Source: Octopus sinensis (lineage: Eukaryota). Taken from it: a stretch of DNA of 64,000 bases. Location of the stretch: NCBI RefSeq assembly GCF_006345805.1, contig NC_043013.1, positions 21,948,001 through 22,012,000 on the forward strand, in the 5' to 3' direction. Every line of letters starts with the position of its first letter. The first letter of the stretch is position 1. The position numbers and the translations under genes are program-made. A model generated the notes under the pieces. The model searched no databases. It was not told the DNA's origin and was given only the letters and a program-made list of their open reading frames with translations. Shown in pieces: positions 1 to 13,315 of this stretch.

Positions 1-1210
1 GATTAAGTATTAATCGGTACATTCAAATAAGGCCGTTATAATCTAATTTTTTGGAGTACATATTTTACGTGTTCTACGTGTTGATCCCTGGATTCGTTTT
101 TTTAAGAATTATATTATCCAGATATGGAGTTAAGACTTCACAGTCCGCTAATATTGCATCCAAAATCTCTTGAAATATCGCTGGTGCGACTTTTAAGCCA
201 AATTGTAACCTGTTGTATTTATACAGTCCTTCCTGTGTGTTAATTGTTTTGTATTTAGAGCATTCATCGTCTACTCTAATTTGTAGGTACGTGTCAGAGA
301 GATCCAGTTTAGAAAACATCTTGCCACCGTTGAATTTTAAGAAAAAATAATTTTCAGTTCGTCTGACGACTTATTGTGCTATAGGGAAAAAACCCACTCA
401 CAGTCTTGGAGAAAAGATCTGTGAGAAGGTCCCATAAGCTAAATAATTCCATCCGGTCAGTTCCGATTAAATTTGTCGTATTGTTTAACACAAAAACTTT
501 GGCTTTTAAGGTGTTTTAACGAAACGTAGTGTCTCTTATAAATTCGCCCTTAAAATATAATTTTTTGCATGAAACACCACGGGCAATGTTTGAAGTTTCA
601 TTTAATCATGTATCTGTGTTAATTATCGAGATATCGCTGTCCGCGTCCAAGCGTAACTTTACGTTTGTGTTATTACTTTTTACGTACAAAAATTTCCTTT
701 GGAGCACTTTCGTATGTCTTGTCACCGATAACCGGTTGACGTTATTTTTCTGTTGAACCATTTACGACGTTTTGTTTTACAGTGTGATTTTTTATAACCT
801 ATTCGGCCACTCTTGAAACATTTAATATTTTTAAACGGACAGTTACTTTTAAAACGTAGACCACATCACCCACAACATGTTTTCGGTCTTTATATACTTT
901 TCTCTGATTTCTTATCTGTTACCGGTAGATTCGCTTAAACATGAGATTAACCTCTTTCTTCAAGTTTATCTGCGTTGTGTCGTAGATTTATAATCCCCTG
1001 ATATACTTCTGCTTTCTAACTTTTCAATATCTGGGAGCGTATATCTGCATCGTTGTTTGTAGAAAACCTTTGAACAAAAAACTAAACACTTGAACACGTC
1101 CGGGGTCAACCCATTCAATTTTAATTTCTCACACTCTCTGTTAAACTCTCCGACATAGGTGACGATATCTTCATCATCGTTTCTGACCCAATTTAAACAT
1201 TGCCAGCGAG
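1..1210 (-). mobile_element. Degenerate Ty3/Gypsy LTR-retrotransposon fragment (gag, protease and RT remnants)
   Basis: ORF 74..319 FSKLDLSDTYLQI...GLYKYNRLQFGLKVAPAIFQ...PYLDNI is a Gypsy RT core. Protease-like RLDADSDISII lies near 620-660 and gag-like RWQCLN...YVGEFNRECEKLKL near 1110-1210. Stops, frameshifts and deletions are present. Confidence 0.75.
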
Positions 1211-3268
1211 TAGTGAAGAGGAAAAGTAAAGGCTATCGGTGAATCTTTCGTCATACAAAAGCAACTTTAACTGTCTATGGATCGATTCAGACTGCCTCAG
1301 TACAACAAGTGCTTACAGGAAGAAAAACGAGGACAACCAGCAGAGAAAAAAATCTTCACCTATACACGATGGGTCTATCAGCAGGGACCGTGCCATGTTG
1401 TTCATTATGAGCTTTCCTTTATTATGGATATCCTCCCTCATTTCAGTGAGGTTATCAAGTCATGGGAGAGGCAAATTAAAGACAAGTGCTTCTATTACGA
1501 TTGTCTATGAAAGTTTACGCTTTCGTCTCCTCTAAACAAGTTTTAATACGAATCAAGTCTTTAGCAAAAATATTACAAATCTTCACTGCTGTGACTACAG
1601 CAACGGCAATGCTATCCAGTTAAACATCTTCATATCAAACGAAAAGAAAGTTTTGTAGCCTCCGATTGAGTAACACATCAGTGAAGTTATTAAGATCAAC
1701 CCACTGATTCAGTAAATGCCTAATCTACGAGAAAAATCTCCACAGCAGAAGGGTCTCATCGGTCAGTGAGAATGTTGAAAGTCGGCTGAAAATTAATAGA
1801 GCACTTTCATAAATTTTCATCGTGAGACCGTCATCCCTATATTGAACCAGAGTTGCTTAGAGTTCCGACACCAATTTTCGGCATTAAATGGTGATATCAT
1901 GATAAACCCCTCTTATCTCAATCCGTAAATGCTCCAGTTTCTGAACATTGTTTGTCTCAAATTCATAGCAGATACATTTCAACTAAATTTAGACGCCCTG
2001 GTGTGGTCTGCAAAGCGACTCATCGGGTGGAAGTGACACATCTTGATCTACTTGACCGATTTACTTTCAACAGATTCCTCGATTGGACTGATCGAACTGC
2101 TGCAAGAAGATGTAACACTGCCTGTAAGCACACGGCAGTCTATGAATGAATACTTTCTCAATCTGTAGAGGATAAATTCTTATCAGGCGAGATCCGTGGT
2201 AGACAATAAACCGGACAATTTATGCCGAAGTATAATGAATAAATGGTGTGATGAAAACCTAAATTTTAAAGACATCTTCCTTCGTTTTGCGACACAACGA
2301 CGAAAAGAGAATCACTTTCGAGGAGTTCGTATTTTCATGACTTATATTAGACGGTGCCAACGTTTTATTTATTTGTGATTTTCAATCACGTTGAGAAGTT
2401 GACTTCAAATTTCATTTATTAAATCAAAAGTCAAATTATTATTTATTTAAAATTTTTGCCCGTGCTTTTTTAAAACTAATGCTGACTGGGCTACAACACA
2501 GCGATTGGGTCTCCACTGCTCCAGAACATTAATCGCCTGAAATGCAATCCCTGATCCAATTTTCCCAACAGATGTCGACACACAAATCTTCAAACTAAGC
2601 ATTAACCGTATCGATCTCACCAATCCATAAAGAATTGCAAACACAATGTCCACTTCAAGAAACTATTAACAAAGAATCCAATATTAATCTAAAACTAAAC
2701 AAATGAAAACAAAAGGAACATTTTACGACATGTATGGTCAGCATTGCAATTTATGTTTTTCACAGCAAAAAACTATTTTAACTTTTCGATAACCTGAAAG
2801 AAATCGTGGGGCTTCTGAGTTTACGATCAAATTTCTATTAGATTTCGTTTTCCGTATAATTGATTTCGTGTTTTGGTTTAACCTATTCTTCGTTTAACCT
2901 GTACTAATAAGTTGCAAATAAGTTGCTGAAACACAAACTTTCGTCCATAGAGAAAAAGAAAAGATTCTTATTTTAATTTCGCTTTATAATCCTTAATAAA
3001 AGCAGTTTAGATCAGCCAGCTTAAAATAGTTTCCGAGAGACCAGAGCTAAAACTCAAATTAGCAATCACGTTCTAAGATAAGACTAATTTAGAACGAAAA
3101 ACGTTAGCAATTAAAATTAATCAACAAAAGAAATAACTGAATTAAATTGATTTTATTCACAAAGAAACACACATTTTATCTTATATAATTATAATTAGCA
3201 AACGTGATCCGTTGAAGACTTGCTCACATTTCATGGAGAAGTAATTTTTGGGTGAATTCCATTAAAGT

Positions 3269-3459
3269 TCAGATCAGTTTCTTTAGTAGGCACTTAGTGT
3301 TAGTATATGAAAAGGCGGTACATGTAGAAGATATCAAACATAAACGGGAACAATCCAGAACCGAGTGAGCATGCATTTGGGCCTTGGTAATAAGGTTGTG
3401 ATATGGATTTTGTTTGAAGGAAAAAGTTGAATAAGTTGTCAAATCATTATTTTCTTTTT
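3269..3459 (-). CDS. PAN/apple-domain protein, distal alternative terminal exon (5b)
   Basis: Acceptor ttttctcttgcttttttttctattgcag|AAAAAG, phase 1. Encodes KENNDL...LDCSRLCLISSTCTAFSYTNTKCLLKKLI* (C-x3-C-x5-C-x2-F-x-Y-x4-C-x-L PAN core). AATAAA at 3152-3157. Confidence 0.75.
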
Positions 3460-4034
3460 CTGCAATAGAAAAAAAAGCAAGAGAAAACACAAGAAATATA
3501 ACAACATAAATGAAATTATTGCTCTTCATTGGAGGGTACAAGGGAAACGAATGGATATGGACTATTGATTCGATAGATCGATTTTATTAATGTTCCGTTT
3601 GGACATCTTTAGAGTAGTGAGAGTAGGGAGTGAGTTTCTGAGTGTTGTATAATCTAGAAAGGAAGGATTGGGGATAATAATTGATGCGGGATGTGATCTG
3701 GTTGGTGTAATAGCATGTATGACGGGAGAAGGAGAAGGGGCATGTGGCTGGCTATCTCGGGGAGAGGAATTATAAATTTACTGCTAATATATTTAACTAA
3801 GAATTAGGACTCTAATTAGAAGACATAATGCGATGAAGAAGAAAGCGACATTAATTTCTCTTATTTTTTCGACAAGAACTGGAGACAGAAGATCAATAAA
3901 TTAAATATGAGATACAATAAAAAGAAAAAAGCACACAAAAAAATAAGCAAAATAGGTTAGCAAACCTGATCTGTTGAAGTCTTGCTCACATTTCATGGAG
4001 AAGTAAGTACTTTTTGGGTGAATTCAATTAAAGT

Positions 4035-4225
4035 TCAGATCAGTTTCTTTAGTAGGCACTTAGTGTTAGTATATGAAAAGGCAGTACATGTAGAAGATAT
4101 CATACATAAACGGGAACAATCCAGAACCGAGTGAGCATCCATTTGGGCCTCGGTTATAAGGTAGAGATTTGGATTTTGTTTGAAGGAAAATGTTGAATAA
4201 GCTGTCAAATCATTAGTTTCTTTTT
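4035..4225 (-). CDS. PAN/apple-domain protein, proximal alternative terminal exon (5a)
   Basis: Acceptor ccaatttttctttctcttgcag|AAAAAG, phase 1. Same 191-nt length as 5b, 8 aa differences, Cys pattern intact. Confidence 0.75.
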
Positions 4226-5954
4226 CTGCAAGAGAAAGAAAAATTGGAAAGAGGAAACACAATAAATATAAGAGCATAAATTAAATTATTGCTCTAGTCT
4301 GACAAAGTACAAGGGAAACGAATAGATGTGGCCTATTGATTCGATAGATCGATTTTATTCATGTTCCGTTTGGACATCTTTAGGTTAGTGTGAGTAGGGA
4401 GTGAGTTCGTGAGTGTTGTATAATCTAGAAAGGAAGGACTGGGGATAATAATTGATGTGGGATCTGGCTGGTGAAATAGCATGTATGACGGGAGAATGAG
4501 AATGAGAATGTTGTTGGGTGTCTCGGAGGGAGAGTGGTTCTCGTATTACCGGCGAGATGTATTGAGGTATTTCTTTGCAGATTAGTAAGGAAGCGTGTTG
4601 AGAATTTTAATGACAACGGAGATTAATATTAATCCATTTGCCAGATTTTAAATGTATTTGTGGGTTGTTTTACAACATTCTTTTGAATGGATATTAATAA
4701 TTAATTTACTGTTAATATATTTAATTAAGAATTAAGTTTCTAAGTAGAAATACTCATGTGATGTAGAAGAAAGAGATATTTATTTATTTTTTAATTTTTT
4801 GTGGCAAGAACTAGAGATCAATGAATTAAAGATGAGAAACCAGAAACAGAAACGAAAAACACAAAAAATAAACAAAAATAGGGTCTTACTGTCAACGAAA
4901 TAATTAGAGTCGAAAAATATTATACCACATCCCACAGAGTTAATCTTGTCCAGTGTATTTGACTGTTTGAAATCGTTCCAAAGTTCTGAAATGGAATAAA
5001 AATAGTTTCTTATTCTTCTGATGGTCTTAATATCTTTCGTGGTTTCTTTAATATTAATAAAGAAATCCTAATCTCCTTAATACAATCGAGTTACCTATTT
5101 ATATATAAGATAATTTTATATAAGAAGTCATTACTTCTTTAATATATGTTGAGTTTTATTTACTATCAGTTATTTCTAGTAATAACACAAGGCCTCAGAT
5201 ATGAAGGGACATACGTTTATAAAGATCCTAGCTACGTTCGAAATGTACTTCAAACATGTCTTTATATGTATAACGGTATAATTGTAACGGGAAAAGCGTA
5301 ACAGGCACGATGTAGCAAGTTGTTTGTAACACGTAGAGATGTGACAAGTTGGCGAAAGACTGTGCAATGCGTAGATAATATTTCTGGATGCACTGCAAAG
5401 AACTGCTGAAAGGTATTTCACACTTACTGTAGATTTTACTTACGCGGTTCTGCAAGTGCGACGAATGGGAAGTAAACACAAAATTTAGTTAGTTTTTATG
5501 GATAATCTATTACCATGGCAGTTGTTAATAGTGAACCCTAACTTGAGGTGGGTAAATGGGGCAAAGCTCGCGAGAAGGTGCCATAGTTAACTGTTTGGAA
5601 GTTGCAAAGGAAAGAGAACATTTTTCTCTTGGTATCTCGAATTTATTGCAGTGCTAAAGTCAAGTCAGACCATTGACAATAGATCGGAATGGATTAACAA
5701 GATTACACTCTGTCTCATCTAAAATGGTGGCGAATTAAATAGGTAAAACGAATGGATTCTAAACACAAATGGCGAGAACAATATAAACAAGCGTGAAGAC
5801 CGAGGTTTCGATTCTTGTTAAGGAGTCCGGGGTATATGTCTTACAAATATAATTAGTCCGCATTGGAGTTGGAAAAAATGATTTTTTCTGGAACAGTTCA
5901 GGGAAGCGTGTAGAATAGATCGGAATTAATTTTAATATGTTGTCTGCAATGCTA

Positions 5955-6090
5955 AAGCGGCGGACTGGCCGAATCGTTAGCACGCCAGACGAAATGCTTT
6001 TCGTATTGTCTATTTACCTTTGTGATGAGGTTCGTCAATCCTTCTAAAATACCAAAATCAATAATAATGATAACAATAATAATAATGGTG

Positions 6091-6148
<58 letters not shown>
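5955..6148 (+). repeat. Degenerate tRNA-SINE head followed by (TAA)n microsatellite
   Basis: ggcggactggccgaatcgttagcacgccagacgaaatgc resembles the SINE head at 14247; (TAA)n spans ~6060-6148. Confidence 0.6.
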
Positions 6149-6149
<1 letters not shown>

Positions 6150-6839
6150 GAACGCTAGCCTTGACAGCAACTACACTGACCAGTCAGTAGCCGAAGACAC
6201 AGAAACACTAACACAACCCGGCAGAACAACTGAAATATAACTTTTGGTAATTGGAACATCTACAATCTCCTGTGAGTATTTTAAAATCTCACCACCACCC
6301 CATAAGGCTAGAAACTTACATATCTTTAATTTTCTCTGGGCGAACACACAGACGATCATCTTTAAAATCTTTAAAAATCATTAAAAATATTTACAACTTC
6401 TGTGAATACTATCTCTCTCCTTCCCCTGAATATTCAAAAATATAAACACCCTTTTTATTGCAAGAACGCTACAGTTTTCTCTGGCCGGACATACAAACGG
6501 TCATCTTGAGAAAATTTAAAACTTTAATATCTACAATTTTTTATGAAAATTTTACTCTTCTTTTCACCCTGACTACTCAATTATGTAAACGTACCTTTTA
6601 TAGCAACAAATTAAACGAATGAAAAAAATTAAGGAGATAAGCACCTGCCAATGTATACAAACTGCACAATTACGAAAACTATAAAACACAGAAAAACCTA
6701 AAGAAAGCAAAGGAAAATTTAAAAATATCCACCCCACCTGCAAGCTACTCCTCTTTCTCCTACTATCACCTCCAGCCCTCACATATTTATGATGATATTA
6801 TGTACAAGACAAAAGTGGAAACTAAACAACATATGATAA

Positions 6840-7960
6840 TACCACACAGTAGTAGGAGCAAAGATGGCATCTCAAGACGGTTACAATACCAGTGGTTATA
6901 GGATCACTTGAACTGAAGATTTTTTAAGAATGATCCCTAGATTACCATTCATGTTGGAAATCAACAGATTGTATTAACCGACATGTCACACGTATTGAGA
7001 AGAGCAAAGTCGCTGTGAATTTTCTTTCCTGTTTTTGCCCCTTATTTTCTTTGGGTTTTTTTATTATATTTTACATCTTTTTCTTTTTCTCTGTTTTTCT
7101 TCTCCTTTTTTCCGTCACATAATTTTATAACCGAACAATCTGGTGTGACTATTTTAGTGGCCTGCAAATATATACAGTGGGAAATATAACGTGTCTTCAA
7201 TGGCAGAACAATGCAGAGTGGACTATCATAACTGTTATAAATTAATTACTCATAGTCTGATATAGTAATATTTCGGAATATAAAAATTCCTTCTACAGAT
7301 ATTGCTAGGAATTGATCGAGTTACTGCTATCAACGGTTTTCCCCCAACGCTTACTGAATTTATTTTTCGGAAGCGTCTCTGCAGTGGTCTTACGAAGCCC
7401 CTGCTGGAATTCTTCATGAGAAGTGCGTGAGGGTGGCCCTGTCTCGAGTTCCGGTGTGTTGGCATATCCGCAGCGCTGCTTCTAAGTCATGTATTATTGT
7501 ACGTGCAGTATTTTTTATAATACCTGAGCATGTTACCAGAAATGAACTTACACACATCCAGATGTAGCTGAATTATATGCTGGCTGAAAATATGCAGCAT
7601 GTTGTTAATTTGGGGTTCTAGTCTGTCTATGAGGAAGCTATCTTCATGGACAGACTAGGGCCCTAGTATGTCTGACTACTGAGTTTGGTGTTGCGCTAAA
7701 AATTGACTGGATAGAATAAAATCCAAGCAGTCGATACGTGGGCGATAGCATCACTTCGGTATGGAGTGGGAATTATAAAATGGCAAAAGAGAGAAATGAA
7801 GAATACCAAGACCAGAAACATTTTGACAGTGCACGGAGCTTTCCATACTAAGACTGACACTTGTCCAGAAGAAAGGATGGGAGTGGCTTGATCAATTGCC
7901 AGTTGCCAGGACTGTATCGAAGCAGGGAAAAACAACCTAGGGTGGAATATACAAAAACAA
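6840..7960 (+). mobile_element. Two degenerate R4/Dong-clade LINE fragments
   Basis: ~6860-7020 translates WHLKTVTIPVVIGSL...HVLRRAKSL (endonuclease C-terminus). ~7700-7910 translates NKIQAVDTWAIASLRYGVGIIKW...KTRNILTVHGAFH (RT thumb region). Confidence 0.55.
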
Positions 7961-8559
7961 AATGAAACACACAAAGGCAGGCATCATCGACACTGAAAAT
8001 TGTTTACATCAGTAAATGTAACATTGCTTTCCAAATGACTTCCTTTGCAGTCAACATCATCACTGTTGAGGGATTCATGCAGTCCCTTAAAGGTGATGAA
8101 TTCCCTTTCTCTAGGAAAGTCTGGTACAAGATAGTTTCACTCCACCACTCCTCAATAATGAACCCCGGTTGCTGCTGGGTTTTGATAATAATTCAAAGAG
8201 ACAGGGTCGTAAAAGTAATACCATCTCCCCAGGCACAACATCTGACTTGGTTCTTGGACTTCAAGACAGGTTCTATTGAAAGAATTGGTCTGTCAGCAGT
8301 TTGAAGTATACTTTTGTGTCTGTACACACTTCGCTGTTTCAAATTGTCTTTCAACGCAAGAAGCGATTTGGAGAAAATTCCCGCCATCTGAATGCAATAA
8401 TCATACAGTCGATAAGAAAGCGACAAGGGTTTTGAGATGAGTGAGTTCCCGGTGATTGCAAATGTGTGGTTGAGATCGTGGGACTGTCGATGCATACACT
8501 CAATCGTGTGCATCTATTCACATAAGAATCACAGATGGAATAGTTTGGCAATGTTTTAC

Positions 8560-9180
8560 AAACCTTCACTGTGCCACTAAAACATTGGATTTGGATAATC
8601 CGCGTCAGTTTTTCTTTTGCTCTTTCTCTGTGAAACCGAGTATTTATAGGTTTTTCTGCAAATGTACAAAATTGTTGCTACATAATCTAATGCACTTCTG
8701 ATGAAAGGTGCAAACGAGACTTTATGGTCAGGGTACAAGGACTGTAAGTTTGCCATAAATGTTCTATTTTCCTAAGACTTTTGATTGTACATTCACATCC
8801 TCTGGGCAGCTGACCCCTACAACAATGCATGACATTTTTCCCCTGTAACACAGAACAATATCAGGTCTGCTATATTTGTACCGAATTGACGTTCGTTTTT
8901 GCGGGGAGTTCCAACAGTATTCCTTGCTTTCAAAATGTCTGATTACTTGCTGGTTCTAACATGGCTTCGATGTATACGTCCGAGCAGTCCTTCCTATGGG
9001 TAGCATCGTAAATAGTCTTTGCAACTATATCATGCCTCAGGGGCAGGTAGAATCTCGTAGGCATTTTGTCACAACTACTGATGATGTGGGTGACATCTTC
9101 CACACTGGTATAGCTGAGCCAACATTTTCCATCACAGCATGGAGGTTTGATGCTATCTTTGTCCCTTTTGTTCATCGATT
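8560..9180 (-). mobile_element. RLE-type (R4/NeSL-like) LINE 3' fragment
   Basis: ORF 8930..9175 [21 protein letters not shown]...[10 protein letters not shown] is a CCHC knuckle plus RHD motif. Inverted paralog at 63655-64000. Confidence 0.7.
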
Positions 9181-9326
9181 ATTTAGTAGTTATCTTGACG
9201 TATGAGTGTGTGCGTGCATGTAAGTATGCATGTATGCGTGCATCTATATATGTATGCGAGTATGTATGTATGTATGAATGTATGTATGTATGTATGTATG
9301 TATGTATGTATGTATGTATGTATCTG

Positions 9327-9358
<32 letters not shown>

Positions 9359-9367
9359 ATCGATCTG

Positions 9368-9399
<32 letters not shown>

Positions 9400-9588
9400 A
9401 TTTGGTATTGAGTCCGTACCTTTATATGACATTGGACTTAGCCAATCGATAGAGCCAAGTAAATCAAAGACCCAACCTCAATATAACAGACTAACACATT
9501 TTTGAAGGTGGTGCCTTAGTCTTGTCCAACTGACTGTGTATAATTCCAACAAAATAAATAAATAAAAACAAGAAAATGACGCCCTTAC

Positions 9589-9819
9589 CTCTGTTTATTT
9601 CGGTGTAAATGTAATTTTTGTAAAAATACAATTCAACAGTTCTATGATCTTTAGATGACAAGTGGCATTTTTTGTCATTATAGTGATAGTCAAACGATTG
9701 GCATTTTGCTTTTGCTTCGCAATGAAGCAGACATTGCGTGTAACTGAAGTCTTTAAAGTCACCCAAATCATTGTGAGAAGGTATAGCAGCTTTTTCAATA
9801 AAATCTAAAGGACATCTTC
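9589..9819 (-). CDS. PAN/apple-domain protein exon 4 (second PAN domain), left copy
   Basis: ttttcttcttcttacag|GAAGATGT ... AACAGAG|gtaagg; 231 nt, phase 1-1. GRCPLDFIEKAAIPSHNDLGDFKDFSYTQCLLHCEAKAKCQSFDYHYNDKKCHLSSKD...YTEINR. Confidence 0.85.
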
Positions 9820-10001
9820 CTGTAAGAAGAAGAAAATAAATAAATCACTGTTGTCTTTTGTTGTTTTTCGTAATGGTGGTGGAACTGTTTCACGTTGTAT
9901 AGTGTTATTATTTTTGAATAATGAGAAATAATTAATAGATATATTTTCTACTCTTTAATAAATATCAATATTGTGATAATATTGTGATGATAAAAGTGAG
10001 G

Positions 10002-10073
<72 letters not shown>

Positions 10074-10109
10074 GCAATAACAATAATAATAATGATAATA
10101 ATAATAGTA

Positions 10110-13100
10110 ATAAATTATTTTATTAGCCATGATCACTCACATAAAATAACATTGAATGACATGCAACAACATAACAGACAAAAACGGGAAGATACAATGG
10201 GTTTTACGGCGTGTAAACAATATATATAGCAAGTAAATCAAACAAATAAAAAAACACCTAATAGGGGAGGCGCTTTAAGATCCTCGTGGAAAACCCCACA
10301 AAGGCCACGGGTGCCTGATCAACAGAGCAAGAGGCCTTCTTTAAATCCCTTTTATTGTTTACAGGTGCGCGCAAAGAATTGGTCTTTTTGCACTGGACAT
10401 TCTTCCAACATTCACCCTCCTTTCAACACAATTACTACAAGGCAACACTTCCCTCTCCACCCCCAAATTCCATTTCAAATGAAACTTGAAAAAGTTGGTA
10501 AGGGCTTGGCCAAAGAGGAAGGTCTCTGACTTTAGCCCTTTCAGACGAGTCCACCATACTACCGATTTCGCTACAGCCACTAAACAAATAAAAATTGCCT
10601 GCTCCTCCCAGCCAAAGGAGGACGGTAGGGTAATCCTCACTATGGATTCAGCTGATAGCGGATCCGTCCAACACGTGACAGCAGGTGTTCGACATAAACC
10701 CACAGAGGTCAGCAATATTCGGTCACTGAACAAGGGCGTGTAGAACGGTTTCCTCATTCTGGGCACACCTCGAGCAGGCCTGGCTGACGGCACTTCCGTA
10801 CCTGTAAAGTTTATCTCAAACAGTCAGCGCCCCTCGGTGGCACTGTCAGGCAAGGGACTTCTCGAACTTATTCATAGGCCTAGGCCAGAAAGTTCTCCGA
10901 AACAGACCATTTCGTTGATCTTCATCGATGCCTAGAGTTTCCTTGAGAACGTCGTCGCGATATCCTTCCACTAGCCCTCTATAGAACGCTAGAGTGAAAC
11001 TACACCGACTTCATTGTTCGCCTGGCGGAGGGCTGTGACAAGCACTCCCTCTTCGGTCTACGCTTAATCCAGGTTTGCAGCTCAGTCAAAGGGACGGTCT
11101 GTGGAAAAATGTATCTGACAAACAGTGACCACACCTGCTCACCGCCAAGGAAACGCTAGAGATGCCGCAAACTTAATGAATGTCTGCGAATTAGTAACCA
11201 CGGCATGCCCAGCCCTTCATTCAGCGACTGTTGACAGTTGATGGAGCGCCTGACCAGTGGAACGCGCCCCTTCCACAGAAAAGGGAAGAGTAAACGCACC
11301 AGGTTGGTCAACCAGCAAACGGGGCAAGGGACGACGGTCAAGTGGTAATCGATGACAGATGCGATGTACACATTCGCCTCCTCGCCTCGACCGCTCTGAA
11401 GCAGCTCCCTATAGGCCCATGTCTGTGTAAGGCTGGCTACCTTCCTCGTCACCTCGTCCCAGTTTTTCTGCGCCTGAAGGTCTGGACCAAACTAGATTCC
11501 GAGCAATGCAATTTAATGGGCCCGTCTCTTTCGGTTCGAACACCATGTGTCCTTCCTGGTCCACCAAAGACCGAATGGTGCCTTTATTGTCACTTTTCAC
11601 CTCCGTCACGCGGGCCTATCATTACGCTATCATTCCCTCTCCGCGGCTTTCGTGTTTGGTGTCGAAATATTGGTCATGGGTCAACCTCACCGCCAACACG
11701 TCAGTTCCGATGCATCTCCCTCTATTCTATTTCGTCCTATCGTCAACGCCTTGCTAAACCTAATTAATTCTTCTTCTCTAATTTGCTCTTTTAAAAGCAA
11801 ACCAACAGTTGTTGACGATTGCCCCCGACAACGTCCGCTTAACTAATTCGCTAATCCGGTCACTGTAAGCTTGACACGTCACCTTCGGCTTCCAGTAACC
11901 GGGACCATGTCTATGAAGCCTATCCAAGTCGACTGTACAGATCACAAATTTGTGGTCTGTGTAGTTGACCATGTGAAATTATGAACACCCGATGATATCC
12001 CTGTCCGCTGGCTTACACAATACTCTATCTAGATACGATCTAGATAACCAGATGCGGTTTGTTCAAGTCCACATTGGGACATTCGGATAATCTAGTCGGT
12101 ACCCGGCAGACAATGGAAAACGTCTGAGTAGATTTTTGAGGTTTTTGCACCCCACATCTCTTATAAGAAACTCCCACGCAATCGAAACATCCATCTAAGA
12201 CAGCGTTCTAATCCCCTACTAGTACGAATGTTCGAGACGTACTCCAGACGCTTGAAGTAATCAGACCACCCTGCCCCTGTCAGCCACCAGTTTGAAAGCC
12301 CAGCCGTCACTGCTGTTGACATCTAGGACCACCAACTTACCTTCTGAATCCAGGAAGACTGCCCTTATATTCAAATCCGGACCCTTCCAGAAAAGCACCA
12401 CAGTTTTACTATTACACCACCCAGGCCGACACGGAGAAAGAAAAATCTCCGTGGGTCGGATATCTGGATTCACTAATGACTGCAACATTTACAGTAAGTG
12501 ACCTCAGGTCATTTAAAAGCTGACGTTGTTTCCAAGGTGACCCGAGGCCCCTGGCCTCTATAAAACTATTCTTAGCATCACCAAGTTAAAATAACTATAG
12601 AATGGAGAAGAGCACCTCTTACCACTGTCCTCTGGTATGATGGTACACTTCATGTGGATGTTTCCCTAGGTTTTTATATATTCTTTTTGTAAAAGTCTTT
12701 TGGAGCCACCCCACAGCATCTGGAAATGTTGCTTTTATGGTGTTGTAAATTTGTTGTGTGGTTTTTAATATTTGTATGCGTGGTGGTGGTGGTGGTGGTG
12801 GTGGTGAGTTCTGTCATGGTGGTGTTTGTATTGTCTCTTGAGTATGTAATTAAATCTATTATTGCCTGTATCAATAGCTGTGAAGTTTGTGGTGCTAGTA
12901 GAATCTGTGGTGGAGTTTGTGTTTGAGGTGATAGTGCTGGTGGAGGTGGTGTTGTTGTTATCGGCTGTTGAGTGTGGTGTTGCCGCTGTTGGGACGTTCA
13001 GTGTCCTAGCGCCTCCCCACTTTTTCTTCTACTGTCTCAGTAGATTTTTCTTTTTTTCTTTGGTGGGGGTGGGGAAACTGTTTGCCACTCCCCCCCCTCT

Positions 13101-13284
13101 CGACTTCGTTACTCGAACAGTCCGAGTTGTTTTGGTCGGGAAGGAGGATTGACTCCGACTTTTGGTTTTGTTGGTGTTCATTTGTTACTGCTGCTACTGC
13201 TACAGTAGTTGTTGGTGGTGGTGTTACTGCGACTGGGGGTAGTGGTACCCCGGCCGGTGGCGGGGGTGGGGGGGGGGTACTCCG

Positions 13285-13315
<31 letters not shown>

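Larger units (their letters stand above)
3195..4882. repeat. Direct tandem duplication (two units, ~3195-3955 and ~3957-4882), each with a PAN terminal exon and a CR1/L2-like LINE 3' remnant
   Basis: tagcaaacgtgatccgttgaagacttgctcac (3196) recurs as tagcaaacctgatctgttgaagtcttgctcac (3958). Exon and upstream intron are colinear; unit 2 has ~170 extra bp. Confidence 0.9.

Noticed and set aside
3269-4277. ORFs 3269..3541 and 4035..4277 as single-exon secreted peptides
   Set aside because: Their hydrophobic N-termini are the translated polypyrimidine tracts of strong splice acceptors whose phase matches the exon-4 donor, and only one has a usable ATG.
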